A stretch of DNA of 64,000 nt from positions 1 through 64,000 of the IMG/VR virus record IMGVR_UViG_3300045988_077625; one strand, given 5' to 3'. This document shows positions 43,834 to 53,397 of this stretch, piece after piece. The notes under the pieces were generated by a model that was given only the letters and a program-made list of their open reading frames with translations, was not told the DNA's origin and searched no databases. This DNA is from a virus. How positions within the stretch are numbered: the first letter of the stretch is position 1; each line of letters begins with the position of its first letter. The translations under genes and the position numbers were made by a program.

Positions 43834-46800
43834 GTATTTTCCAACATTTTATAATATTTTCTTTTTCTCCTGTTTTTACCCACTCACCATCTTCACTTTT
43901 TTTATACTTATCTTTTTCTTGAATGACGGCTTTAATACAATCGCCAACGTTTATTGTATTCTTACTATAATATTGTCGATTTACTTTATGTGTTCTTTCA
44001 ACACCAAAGCACAAATTATAAATTTTTACATAAACCGTACCATATCCTGTTGTCTTGACGTCTAGCACTAGCCAATCATTAGGGTCTGAATTTGGGTCAT
44101 TGCCATCTACATATCCTAATAGCTCTATCTGCCATTTCAGCTTGTCAACAACGGTCGTTTTAGGCATTTTCATTGAGCGCAGAATTGCTAGGATAATGCC
44201 GCGATTATCAAGCTGACTAGCTGTTTTCTCTGTTAGCTTACCAGCATATGGCTTGAGCATATCTACATTATAACCCATTTCAGCCCATTTGTCAAGCTTA
44301 ATTGTCTTGCATTTTGAAAATTTATTAAAAATCTCAATACCTAACAATAGTGCCTTAGCTGGGCCAAATTCTGTAAAATAACCAATCTTAACCAAAATGT
44401 CAAGTTGTCGCGCATCTGGCTTTGCTTCAAGCTGTTGGATGGCGAATAGCACATCAATAAAATTCTTGAACCGCATATCACGCATACCATATAATGCCTC
44501 AGCTACATCGGCGCTCATATACTTGATTGAGCCAAGCCCCTTATAGATTGTATTTTCATCTGCATCACAAAAATAATCTGAGCGAGAATGACGGAATTTA
44601 GGAGATTTTATTTTAATGCCGACCTTATGAGCATATGCCGTTAATGCCGCTGTCTTTTCCTCTTTGCCTTGATTGATATTCATAGCAACTGTAAGGAATT
44701 GAAGTGGATAATGGTATCTGAGCCAACCTGACACATATCCCTCATAGCTATATGGCTGACTATGATTTAGAGAGAATAGATAATTGCTAGCATCAATAAT
44801 AACTTGGATAAAATCAGCTATGACCTTATCTGATTCGTTTTGGTTCATATTGTGTCGCTCTGCCATTGTTTTAGCAAAACCAGCCTTGATTTGCGGTATA
44901 TCCTTATCTGTACCAGTCTTTTTAGCAAAATGGCGGCGCACAACATCGGCTTCGCCCATAGTATAACCACAATATTCATGTAAGAATTGAATGATTTGAC
45001 ACTGGAATACAAGGTAGCCAAATGTCGGCTTCATAAATTCATCAATCGCCGCATTTCCAGATTTACGGATAACGCCATTAGCAAGGTCATCACGATATGA
45101 TGCACCGGCAGGACGAATTGCGCCATTACCGATTGATAGCAATGTCATATAGTCAATGTTTGGATTCAACGCCTTAAATTTCTGAATATTAGACTCAGAT
45201 AAGAGCTGCTTGATATATCTATCACCAGTTGTGCCTTCCCACTGGAAGATAGCCGTAGTATCATCTCTGATACTATCCCATACGGCTTTGTCATTTATAT
45301 CAACATTGTCAGGCGTTAGACGCTCAATGCCAGCTAATTTACACGTCTCATTGATTAGTTCAATGGTATCAAGCTTGAGCAAATCTAGCTTGACATAATT
45401 CTGTAAATCAACCTCTTTCATATTGATTTGGCTGATTGGTACATCATCTGTTGACGTAGTAAATAATCCCATACGGTCATCAATAGAATGAGGTGATACA
45501 ACTAAGCCGCAAGGATGGTTGCCAACTGAAACAACGCAACCATTTACAATATCGACATATTTGAATAGCTCCGGATATTTAACACGGCATTTGTCCTCGT
45601 CTTGTTCTACGGCATTACATATTTGCCCCACTTCATCAAGTGGCATTTCCAACGCTCTGCCAACATCACGAATAGCGCCTTTTAAAGCAATCGTATTAAA
45701 TGTGACAATATCAGAACAATACAACCCATGCTTGTTAAATATATATTGCTTGACCTCGTTGATTCTGCTAGGAGGAAAATCTGTATCAATATCCGACAGC
45801 GATACGCGCTCCGTATTCATGAATCGCTCAAAATTAAGCCCATGCTTGATGCTATCCATCTCAGTAATACCAAGCAGATAAGCAATGACTGAACCGTTGC
45901 ATGAACCGCGCCCATATCCTACAAGAATGTCCTGCGTCTTGCACCATGCTATAATGTCCTCCATGAGCAGCATAAAGTCAATCGCGCCATTATGGACATA
46001 TGCTTTCATCTCGTATTCAATGCGGTCTATGTATTCTTGATAATTAGGCAGCTTGTCAACACCGCGCCACACAATACCATCTGCGATCTTAGCTCTAAGA
46101 ACAGCCTCGCTATCATCGCCCCATAGATGCGGATACTTATAGCTATAATCAAGCTCGAACGGCTCAATCATATCAGCTACAGTATTCGTCATCTCAATAG
46201 CATCCAAGTACACATCTATAGGCAGCGCGTCCTGCATACGGCATAATTGCACCAACTCATCATAACTCATCATTTCAAGATGAAATTTATCTTCACCGTC
46301 AAAATGAATATTCTTGGCTTTTTGTAGAATTTTGCGCCCATCTACATGAGTAGAATTGAGCGCATGAGTATCAGTACACATCAATAGCCGCAAACCGCTT
46401 TGTTTAGATAGCGCCCATAATGTATTGTTATAACTCTTTTGAGCGGGGTCAAGATGAGGCTGAATCTCAAGAAAACATCTGTCTTTGTGTTCACATAACC
46501 AATGGTAAAAATCCCATCGGACATCATCTGGCGCTTTGTTTAATACGCCGCCAAGACAAGCCGTAGATACAATGATATTATCACTGACATTCTTTACATC
46601 CTCAATCGTAATTCGTGGCACATAATAGAATGAATTATCGTCACGATTAAATGCCTTACTTGATAACCTGTTCAGCTCTAATACGCCATCATAATTTTTA
46701 GCAATTAACAGACAGTGGTAATTATCACGGATTTTTTCTGATAGGGTCTGAGTTAGATAAAATTCCTGAGCGTGGATATATTTCATACCCATTTCTTCTG

Positions 46801-46981
46801 TATGCAATTTCTTCTTTACCCATTGAAATACAGAACCATGCTCAGAAAACGCCATTGCCTTCATTCCTAGCTCTGCGGCGCGGTCTATATATTGGTCATA
46901 TCGTGTTACAGAATCTATATTGGTTACGCCATTAGATAGCATAGAATGGATATGAAGGATTGTATAATTTTCGTTCATCAT
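43823..46981 (-). CDS. dnaE: DNA polymerase III alpha subunit-like replicative polymerase
   Basis: 1052 aa. N-terminal PHP domain (ILHIHSMLSNG, AFSEHGS), then the palm/fingers region typical of C-family polymerases. Confidence 0.75.
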   Translation of the reverse strand: MMNENYTILHIHSMLSNGVTNIDSVTRYDQYIDRAAELGMKAMAFSEHGSVFQWVKKKLHTEEMGMKYIHAQEFYLTQTLSEKIRDNYHCLLIAKNYDGVLELNRLSSKAFNRDDNSFYYVPRITIEDVKNVSDNIIVSTACLGGVLNKAPDDVRWDFYHWLCEHKDRCFLEIQPHLDPAQKSYNNTLWALSKQSGLRLLMCTDTHALNSTHVDGRKILQKAKNIHFDGEDKFHLEMMSYDELVQLCRMQDALPIDVYLDAIEMTNTVADMIEPFELDYSYKYPHLWGDDSEAVLRAKIADGIVWRGVDKLPNYQEYIDRIEYEMKAYVHNGAIDFMLLMEDIIAWCKTQDILVGYGRGSCNGSVIAYLLGITEMDSIKHGLNFERFMNTERVSLSDIDTDFPPSRINEVKQYIFNKHGLYCSDIVTFNTIALKGAIRDVGRALEMPLDEVGQICNAVEQDEDKCRVKYPELFKYVDIVNGCVVSVGNHPCGLVVSPHSIDDRMGLFTTSTDDVPISQINMKEVDLQNYVKLDLLKLDTIELINETCKLAGIERLTPDNVDINDKAVWDSIRDDTTAIFQWEGTTGDRYIKQLLSESNIQKFKALNPNIDYMTLLSIGNGAIRPAGASYRDDLANGVIRKSGNAAIDEFMKPTFGYLVFQCQIIQFLHEYCGYTMGEADVVRRHFAKKTGTDKDIPQIKAGFAKTMAERHNMNQNESDKVIADFIQVIIDASNYLFSLNHSQPYSYEGYVSGWLRYHYPLQFLTVAMNINQGKEEKTAALTAYAHKVGIKIKSPKFRHSRSDYFCDADENTIYKGLGSIKYMSADVAEALYGMRDMRFKNFIDVLFAIQQLEAKPDARQLDILVKIGYFTEFGPAKALLLGIEIFNKFSKCKTIKLDKWAEMGYNVDMLKPYAGKLTEKTASQLDNRGIILAILRSMKMPKTTVVDKLKWQIELLGYVDGNDPNSDPNDWLVLDVKTTGYGTVYVKIYNLCFGVERTHKVNRQYYSKNTINVGDCIKAVIQEKDKYKKSEDGEWVKTGEKENIIKCWKILDK

Positions 46982-47619
46982 TTATGTTTCACCGGCATAA
47001 CCACACCATCACTATTTTCAGTCTTGAGATAAATCGGGCTGATTCTATTTGCTGCATACGCCTTACAATCAGGCAGACATTCCATAGCATTAAGCAAATA
47101 CTGCGGATTGACCCAAAGATTCAATTCCTCATTGAGCAGATAATCAGCTACCTTCTTAGGATTATTCTTTTCCTTGATTTTATGTGTCTTGATATATACC
47201 TTGAGTTTGCCAATATCAGGAAGGGTAATTTCTTTTCCAAAATCAGGCTTTCTAACAATATATTCAAGTTGCATTTCCTGTCCATGATATTTTTCATCAA
47301 TTTCAGGTAGAAGCTGCTTTTCATTGAATCTAATAGCTACAAAACCATCGCATACACAATATTTTGTTTCACCGTATTTATCTTTGTTCTCGAACATGCC
47401 TTCAAGCACAGGACGCTTGCGAGATTCAGCGTTCTTGAGGATACGATTTGCCGCAGTCACAATCGACTTAGTACCAGATTTCTTAGATTGCTCAAGAAGC
47501 ATATCAGATTCAAGAGATTTGAGAACGTCCAGCATTTCATTCTCCATCATAAGAAATCCTTCATCGTGAATCTTAATGCTCCAAGATTTGATAATGTCAT
47601 ACAATTTTTCAGTAGTCAT
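46978..47619 (-). CDS. hypothetical protein with beta-clamp-like C-terminus
   Basis: GAAGGGGG RBS then ATG 47619. The C-terminus VNPQYLLNAMECL....ISPIYLKTENSDGVVMPVK resembles the end of DnaN domain III. Confidence 0.35.
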   Translation of the reverse strand: MTTEKLYDIIKSWSIKIHDEGFLMMENEMLDVLKSLESDMLLEQSKKSGTKSIVTAANRILKNAESRKRPVLEGMFENKDKYGETKYCVCDGFVAIRFNEKQLLPEIDEKYHGQEMQLEYIVRKPDFGKEITLPDIGKLKVYIKTHKIKEKNNPKKVADYLLNEELNLWVNPQYLLNAMECLPDCKAYAANRISPIYLKTENSDGVVMPVKHK

Positions 47620-47651
47620 AACAACAACCGCCCCCTTCATTTGATACTTGG

Positions 47652-47680
47652 ATTATATCATAGATTGGAGCGGTTGTCAA
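47652..47680 (-). promoter_or_regulatory. sigma-A type promoter
   Basis: TTGACA-17 nt-TATAAT with TGa. Confidence 0.7.
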
Positions 47681-47686
47681 GAGTGT

Positions 47687-47893
47687 TTATTTAATTTTTT
47701 CTACAGGTTCTCTAACAAATTCAAAATATTGTGGCATTTCAGGTAATATTCTAACATTTCGTCCTACTAAGTGAAGCCGCAGTTCTGACAATAGCATATT
47801 AACTTGCTTACAACTTAAATTCTCGTTAAATCTAACAATATATGTGCCACCATCTTGTAGAGATTTGACGGTTCTAATTTCTTCATCATTCAT
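47687..47893 (-). CDS. hypothetical protein
   Basis: 68-aa ORF. Confidence 0.35.
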   Translation of the reverse strand: MNDEEIRTVKSLQDGGTYIVRFNENLSCKQVNMLLSELRLHLVGRNVRILPEMPQYFEFVREPVEKIK

Positions 47894-49299
47894 ATGAATA
47901 TCCTCTGGTCTTGATTTACTGCTACAACCCTACTTGATTTACCTTGTTTGATTAGCTCGTCTTGTAGTGTATTGGCAAATTCTACTTTATTCTCATAGTT
48001 ACCATGTACTAAACAGAGTTTGTTGAAACGCAATGTATTTGCATAGTAATCAATTAACTCATCACGAGAAGCATGAGACGAGAACGACACAAGCTCTGTG
48101 ATATTAGCATTGTTCTCGACTACATCCCTCTCAATGTTAATCTTGTTCTCTCCGAATCTAATCTTAGAAGCAAGTGTATTGTCAGAACTATAACCACAGA
48201 ATATGATATGAGCATTATGATCTGGCAATAAAGCCTTTGCCCATGACACGCTTTTTCCTCCGGATAGCATACCTGCCGAGCTAAGCACCACCATAGGATT
48301 GGTCGGTTTTGTATTTTGTAGCGTCAATGTAGCAGCATGGTCAGGCACGAATTGTAACCTTTCCCAATGATACACCTCATTCCATAATTCATCATCGTCT
48401 GGATACAATGCGCATATTTTTTGCGCCATAGGTGAATCTACATATACTTTAATATCATTTGGAATCTTTTTATCTTTCCATAGTTGATACAACACGGTTA
48501 AGATACTTTGGCATCTTCCCAATGCAAATACAGGGAATAATGTTCTCTTGGACTGATTTAACACAGCTACAATTTTCTCTAAATCTTTCTGCCTATCATA
48601 TGGTTTGTTATTTCGCCCAATAGCGTTATATGTATTTTCACCAAGCAACATATCACAAAACGGCAAATTGACTCTTGGTTCAAGATAGAATTGTGGCGTT
48701 TTGCCGCCAATGTCCCCAGTAAAGTTCAATACCTTGCACTGATAACCTTGTGTAATAGCAAGTGATAATTGGCATGAATTGATAATATGATTAGCTGGAT
48801 AATATGTTAAAGTAATATTTGACGTTAGATTATATTGAGTTAGTGGGTTAACTTCAATACACCTGCTTAAAGCTGTCGCAATATCATCAGGAGTATATAA
48901 CGGAGCAACTTTAATGCCGTGTTTGTTTGTAATCTTTTGACAATCTTGTGTCATAATCTTACAAGAATCTTCCCACAATACTTTGAGATAAGCCGTAGTT
49001 CCTTTTGGGCATATGATATGAGTTTGGCATCCTTTAGCATATAATGCAGGAACAAGACAGGTGTGATCTGCATGAGCTTCATGTAGAATGAGCCAATCTA
49101 CCTCCCTTGGTTTAATTTTTTTAAGCAATGACTGGTTCTGTCTATAGTTAGTAAGAATATCACTCTCTTGGTAAATACCACAATCTAGCATGATGCAATA
49201 TTTTTGAAAACGAACAAGATAGCATGATTGTGTTACTCCAACAGCAGATGCACCAATACACTTGAGATATGGCTTGGCGGTGCCGTTACCTGATACCAT
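47890..49299 (-). CDS. metallo-beta-lactamase fold nuclease (beta-CASP-like)
   Basis: HEAHADH is an HxHxDH zinc motif. The 469-aa size and later His/Asp motifs fit RNase J/SNM1-type enzymes. Confidence 0.6.
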   Translation of the reverse strand: MVSGNGTAKPYLKCIGASAVGVTQSCYLVRFQKYCIMLDCGIYQESDILTNYRQNQSLLKKIKPREVDWLILHEAHADHTCLVPALYAKGCQTHIICPKGTTAYLKVLWEDSCKIMTQDCQKITNKHGIKVAPLYTPDDIATALSRCIEVNPLTQYNLTSNITLTYYPANHIINSCQLSLAITQGYQCKVLNFTGDIGGKTPQFYLEPRVNLPFCDMLLGENTYNAIGRNNKPYDRQKDLEKIVAVLNQSKRTLFPVFALGRCQSILTVLYQLWKDKKIPNDIKVYVDSPMAQKICALYPDDDELWNEVYHWERLQFVPDHAATLTLQNTKPTNPMVVLSSAGMLSGGKSVSWAKALLPDHNAHIIFCGYSSDNTLASKIRFGENKINIERDVVENNANITELVSFSSHASRDELIDYYANTLRFNKLCLVHGNYENKVEFANTLQDELIKQGKSSRVVAVNQDQRIFI

Positions 49300-49489
49300 T
49301 CACGTCATCCTTCCTCATCTTTAATACATTTCTCAGCACACAATCCATACAATTCAAATCAGCGTCATTCCACATTTTATCTCTCTGTGCTGTCATGCGT
49401 GGGTCAATTTTTACATATTTGTCGCAATCAGATTGATAATCACAACGCATACATGGAATTTCCATAAGCATTTGAGGTCTACGGCTCAT
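49286..49489 (-). CDS. hypothetical Cys-rich protein
   Basis: 67-aa ORF. Confidence 0.35.
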   Translation of the reverse strand: MSRRPQMLMEIPCMRCDYQSDCDKYVKIDPRMTAQRDKMWNDADLNCMDCVLRNVLKMRKDDVNGIR

Positions 49490-49767
49490 TCATATTCCTC
49501 CTCATAATCAGGTTCGCTTACTTGGAATCCAATAGCTTGAGTAATAGCAGGACTAGGCGCAATTTTCTCAACGGCCGCTTCATGTTCTGCCTTATCAAGC
49601 TCTAGCTCAAGCGACATGCGGTTTATCTTTGCATTGATAGCTGACTGTACCAAGTCCACAATTGAGCTGCACAAAGGCAACAGAGAACTTACAAATAGAA
49701 CTGCGCCTCCTGCAATCCATAATGGCGTTAAATTATTCTCTCTTTTCACTACGAGCATTAACCTCAT
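49486..49767 (-). CDS. hypothetical membrane protein
   Basis: One TM helix (WIAGGAVLFVSSLLPLC). Confidence 0.35.
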   Translation of the reverse strand: MRLMLVVKRENNLTPLWIAGGAVLFVSSLLPLCSSIVDLVQSAINAKINRMSLELELDKAEHEAAVEKIAPSPAITQAIGFQVSEPDYEEEYE

Positions 49768-49942
49768 TTACTTTAGATTTGATCAGCTCTTTAATTGCTT
49801 TGGCAGAAGTCAAGTTGGAAATAGATTTATCTATTGCGCAAATACAAGCATTCCAACCAGCCATCAAACCTTGATTAAAATAGCTTTGAAATTTAGGTTC
49901 AAGCTCTTTCTTCAAAATATCTTTTAGCTCATTATCAGACAT
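49733..49942 (-). CDS. hypothetical protein
   Basis: GGGAGGGG RBS then ATG 49942. Confidence 0.35.
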   Translation of the reverse strand: MSDNELKDILKKELEPKFQSYFNQGLMAGWNACICAIDKSISNLTSAKAIKELIKSKVNEVNARSEKRE

Positions 49943-49976
49943 ATGTCCCCTCCCTATATGGTGCATTTCTGTCATA

Positions 49977-50411
49977 TCAATCTGCCAACTCAAGGCTAGA
50001 CAATGCAACAACACACGGCTTATCAGAATTTGCATTGTCGATAAGAGCAATGTCCTTTGTTTTATCAATATATTTAACTGTCCACACTCGAGTTCTCACA
50101 TGGTTAATCACTACTCTGTCCCCGACCTTAATTTCTCTTGGCTTCTTTACTTCATTCATTTTTGCTTTTAGCTCATCAAGCCCAACCTGCAAACGCCAAT
50201 CATCGTCAGGATGGCATCTTGTTTCAACCTTCTTGCCATCCTTGCTTGTCATCGTCATACGATTACCCTTAATATGCAGGTCATAATCGCCCTCTAGCCA
50301 CTTAGGTGCTAGATTCTTTTCATAGAATTTGTATTCTAGCTTCATCTTATTCTTCATCCTTTCTTTCATAATTTCATCATATAGACTATTAAATACATCA
50401 TCCCACATCAT
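49977..50411 (-). CDS. hypothetical protein
   Basis: 144-aa ORF after an AAGGAGG RBS. Confidence 0.4.
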   Translation of the reverse strand: MMWDDVFNSLYDEIMKERMKNKMKLEYKFYEKNLAPKWLEGDYDLHIKGNRMTMTSKDGKKVETRCHPDDDWRLQVGLDELKAKMNEVKKPREIKVGDRVVINHVRTRVWTVKYIDKTKDIALIDNANSDKPCVVALSSLELAD

Positions 50412-50616
50412 TGTTTATGTCCTCCTTAAATCATATGATAATATTATCGTAAATATATGCGTCAGATGCGTAGAAAATTTCATTAGTATGCAAATATCTA
50501 CAAATCCATAGATCATCTGTATCATCCCAATTTTCTACAATAGCATATCGTAGTCCACGCTTAAAAATCGTATTTCTACATATTAGCCGCTTTGATATTG
50601 TTATACCCTCCTCAAC

Positions 50617-51456
50617 TTAAAAATTCATCACGCTCATAGCGTTAATTGCACGTTGTTCAGTGCGCTTAATATATCTGTTTGCCGTAATAGCAATCGAGCT
50701 GTGTCCCATCGCCTTACTAATAACCTCAATAGGCACATCAGCCTCAGACATCATGGTAGCAAATGTGCGGCGCATGGTATGGTTGCTGATGTGCAATTCT
50801 TCCCAATTCTCAATACCAGCTTTTCTAGCACACACCTTGAGCATAGCGCTGGTATTTTTGCCATCCATCTTATTGCCTTGATTGCCAACAAATAGATATT
50901 CACAACCATTTTTGCGTTCATTGGTAATATAGCTATCAATCAGCTTGATCGTCTCATCGGACAAACCAATCAATCTATCCTTATCGCCCTTACCACGAAT
51001 GACTAGGATATTATTACTGCGGCTTTCATACTGCTCAAGCGTGATATTGAGCAATTCGTGAATACGCAAGCCAGTTTGCGCAAGCATCATGATAATCGCC
51101 TTATTGCGCAAATTGGTTGCGGCATTGACCATGGCTCTTACTTGTTCACCAGTCAGCGCAGATTGTTCACGATTCTTGATAGCAGGAGCTTCAAGAAACT
51201 CAGCCGGATTGCGCTGAATGAACTCATTCCGATATAGGAATTTGAAATATTCACGAACAGCTGACGTTCTCTGAGCAACAGATGCAGAGCTGAGATTACT
51301 CATACTGGACTGCCACATCTCAAGATCAATAGCCTTGATTTCAGATTCAGGCTTGTTGACATACTTCAAGCAATTATTAACCGCCTTGGTATATTCTCTG
51401 ATTGTGCCTTCGCTACGGTGCTTTGCCTTGAGGCTCATAATAAACAGTTCATTCAT
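50617..51456 (-). CDS. tyrosine recombinase/integrase (XerC/D-like)
   Basis: Catalytic-type motifs are LAQTGLRIHEL, HTMRRTFAT and GHSSIAITANRYI. AAAGGAG RBS then ATG 51456. Confidence 0.75.
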   Translation of the reverse strand: MNELFIMSLKAKHRSEGTIREYTKAVNNCLKYVNKPESEIKAIDLEMWQSSMSNLSSASVAQRTSAVREYFKFLYRNEFIQRNPAEFLEAPAIKNREQSALTGEQVRAMVNAATNLRNKAIIMMLAQTGLRIHELLNITLEQYESRSNNILVIRGKGDKDRLIGLSDETIKLIDSYITNERKNGCEYLFVGNQGNKMDGKNTSAMLKVCARKAGIENWEELHISNHTMRRTFATMMSEADVPIEVISKAMGHSSIAITANRYIKRTEQRAINAMSVMNF

Positions 51457-51485
51457 AATATTCAGCTCCTTTACTTGATGGTTTA

Positions 51486-51514
51486 AGTATAGCACAATGG
51501 AGCTTGTTTGTCAA
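51486..51514 (-). promoter_or_regulatory. sigma-A type promoter
   Basis: TTGACA-17 nt-TATACT. The -35 sits inside the palindrome GAGCTTG..CAAGCTC. Confidence 0.6.
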
Positions 51515-51518
51515 GCTC

Positions 51519-51833
51519 TTATTTCATTAGTGAAGAAAATTCTTCTGTATGTCCGCATTTATCACAAGTGTAATAGAAAGATTTAGAAGCGTGACGCTGA
51601 GAAGCCGCAGAGAGTTCATAAGTACCGCCGCATTCACAAATGCCATTATTCCAACAATCATTAGCATTTTCGGCGTCCTTGTAAATCAGAGCCACAACCC
51701 CACAAGTGACAGCCAGCACGCACAGGCAAGCAATGATTTTTCCTTTTACAGTTTGCGGAGCAACAATCGCAACCATCAGAGGAAGCAGAGCGAGAACCGC
51801 CCAACCAACATAGAACATGACATTTGTAAACAT
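51519..51833 (-). CDS. membrane protein with C-terminal zinc ribbon
   Basis: Two hydrophobic helices, then C.CGG..CDKCGH. Confidence 0.4.
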   Translation of the reverse strand: MFTNVMFYVGWAVLALLPLMVAIVAPQTVKGKIIACLCVLAVTCGVVALIYKDAENANDCWNNGICECGGTYELSAASQRHASKSFYYTCDKCGHTEEFSSLMK

Positions 51834-51865
51834 TTTAATTACCTCTTTCCTTAACTTCTGGTATT

Positions 51866-51894
51866 ATTATACCATGCGGAAGGGGTTTTGTTAA
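51866..51894 (-). promoter_or_regulatory. sigma-A type promoter
   Basis: TTAACA-17 nt-TATAAT with TGg. Confidence 0.55.
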
Positions 51895-52118
51895 CCCTTT
51901 TTTTCAGTTCTTTGCCACAAAATTTTCATAATGCAAGTCAAAGCCATACGCATGGCAAAAACTTCCATGTATTCAAATTGAGGCAAATTGAAATGCCATG
52001 CAAAGATGTTCCAACCCCACCAGATGAAAGCCGCAGTAGTGAACCAGAACGCCACCTGTCCGACTATTGTACCACATACCTGTCCCGCAGTCATTTCTTT
52101 AAAATCCATTTTTATCAA
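51891..52118 (-). CDS. small membrane protein
   Basis: Trp-rich TM segments (AFWFTTAAFIWWGWNIFAW). Confidence 0.35.
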   Translation of the reverse strand: MIKMDFKEMTAGQVCGTIVGQVAFWFTTAAFIWWGWNIFAWHFNLPQFEYMEVFAMRMALTCIMKILWQRTEKKG

Positions 52119-52142
52119 TTCCTTTCGTTTCTTTGTACCTCA

Positions 52143-52171
52143 ATTATAGCACCTTTTGGCTTGTTTGTCAA
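52143..52171 (-). promoter_or_regulatory. sigma-A type promoter
   Basis: TTGACA-17 nt-TATAAT. The -35 sits in the palindrome GGCTTG..CAAGCC. Confidence 0.65.
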
Positions 52172-52178
52172 GCCCTTT

Positions 52179-52331
52179 TTACAGAAAAATTATTGCGGCG
52201 GAAATTACAAGCAGATAGCCAAGAGACCCCGCCAAAACATTGTGTTTGAAAGCGCCATTTACATTAGCGTCAATAATGGCAAATCCCGCAAGGAACATGA
52301 GAAAAGCCATGAAATACTGTAATAGTTTCAT
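52179..52331 (-). CDS. small membrane protein (50 aa)
   Basis: GGGGG RBS then ATG 52331. Two hydrophobic segments. Confidence 0.3.
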   Translation of the reverse strand: MKLLQYFMAFLMFLAGFAIIDANVNGAFKHNVLAGSLGYLLVISAAIIFL

Positions 52332-52332
52332 G

Positions 52333-52521
52333 TTAAAACCCCCAATGCTTTTCACCATCAGAAAACAGTGCATCGTGCATGTCATTGTAAAGCTGATAGC
52401 CGCCCTCTTTGAGAAGCTGTTCTTTGTACGCCTGCCGAACCGCAAAAATTCGGTCAAGTTCTTTGTCTTGCTCTTGGAGCATAATCAAAATGGCGGTAAA
52501 CTCTTTTTCTTTCATGTTCAT
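52333..52521 (-). CDS. hypothetical protein
   Basis: AAGAGG RBS. 62 aa. Confidence 0.35.
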   Translation of the reverse strand: MNMKEKEFTAILIMLQEQDKELDRIFAVRQAYKEQLLKEGGYQLYNDMHDALFSDGEKHWGF

Positions 52522-52539
52522 TACCTCTTTTCTATTGGT

Positions 52540-52568
52540 ATTATAACATAGGTCGGAGCTTTTGTCAA
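52540..52568 (-). promoter_or_regulatory. sigma-A type promoter
   Basis: TTGACA-17 nt-TATAAT. The -35 sits in the palindrome GGAGCTT..AAGCTCC, preceded by an A-tract. Confidence 0.65.
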
Positions 52569-52578
52569 GCTCCTTTTT

Positions 52579-52755
52579 TCAGCTCAGTCTTTCAAACATG
52601 GCCCATAGCGTTTCGCTGTCAATGGATGTTTCATCCATCATTTCTTGAATTTGCTCTTCAGTGGATAGGTATTCATCATTTCGCCAAAAGATAGAACGAA
52701 TAATTATCCATGCGCACCAGCTTACGACAATTAGTACCAATACAGCCGTCATCAT
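52579..52755 (-). CDS. small membrane protein
   Basis: GAAGGAGG RBS then ATG 52755. TM helix AVLVLIVVSWCAWIII. Confidence 0.35.
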   Translation of the reverse strand: MMTAVLVLIVVSWCAWIIIRSIFWRNDEYLSTEEQIQEMMDETSIDSETLWAMFERLS

Positions 52756-52786
52756 GGTCTTACGACCTCCTTCATTTGATGGTTTA

Positions 52787-52815
52787 AGTATAGCACCATA
52801 GCGGCGATTTGTCAA
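52787..52815 (-). promoter_or_regulatory. sigma-A type promoter
   Basis: TTGACA-17 nt-TATACT. Shares a 21-nt block with the promoter at 51486. Confidence 0.6.
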
Positions 52816-53051
52816 GTATTATTTTGAGGAAATATCTCACAGCTCTTAACGCCGTTGACAAACCAATACCACTTACCATCTTCAGGGTCTTGTTTAATAT
52901 TATATCTTCTTTGTTTCAAATTATCCATAAATATATCTTGTTGAGTAATTTCCATTGGCTTAATTTCATAGCTAAACCAATTATATAATTCAGCAATTAA
53001 CTTGTCCCCATTATAAAGTTTGACATTACCTGTTTCTGCTACATGTTGCAT
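52812..53051 (-). CDS. hypothetical protein
   Basis: 79-aa ORF. Confidence 0.35.
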   Translation of the reverse strand: MQHVAETGNVKLYNGDKLIAELYNWFSYEIKPMEITQQDIFMDNLKQRRYNIKQDPEDGKWYWFVNGVKSCEIFPQNNT

Positions 53052-53070
53052 CTCATCACTTCTTTCTTTT

Positions 53071-53107
53071 AGAAAAATCCCTATAATCTTTCAACCATAG
53101 GGATTTT
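53071..53107 (-). terminator. rho-independent terminator after the HU gene
   Basis: Minus strand: AAAATCCCTAT-12 nt-ATAGGGATTTT followed by TCT. Confidence 0.65.
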
Positions 53108-53121
53108 AACAGGAGGATTAT

Positions 53122-53397
53122 TTACTCATTGATTTCTGCCTTCAATACACTCGTTGGCTTAAAAGTCAGAGCATACTTGGCAGGAACTTCAATGGTTTCA
53201 CCGGTCTGTGGATTACGAGCAGTACGAGCATCGCGCAGCTTGGTTGAGAACTTGCCAAAGCCATGAATCACCACATCCTCATGCTGAATTAGGCTATGTC
53301 TGATATAGTCAATGAATGCGTCTACAATCTCAGTTGTGTCCTTGACCGTATTCTCTGTACTATCTGCTACAAACTTGATTAGCTCTTTCTTAGTCAT
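53122..53397 (-). CDS. HU/IHF-family DNA-binding protein
   Basis: 91 aa. Arm motif is GFGKFSTKLRDARTARNPQTGETIEVPA. Confidence 0.8.
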   Translation of the reverse strand: MTKKELIKFVADSTENTVKDTTEIVDAFIDYIRHSLIQHEDVVIHGFGKFSTKLRDARTARNPQTGETIEVPAKYALTFKPTSVLKAEINE

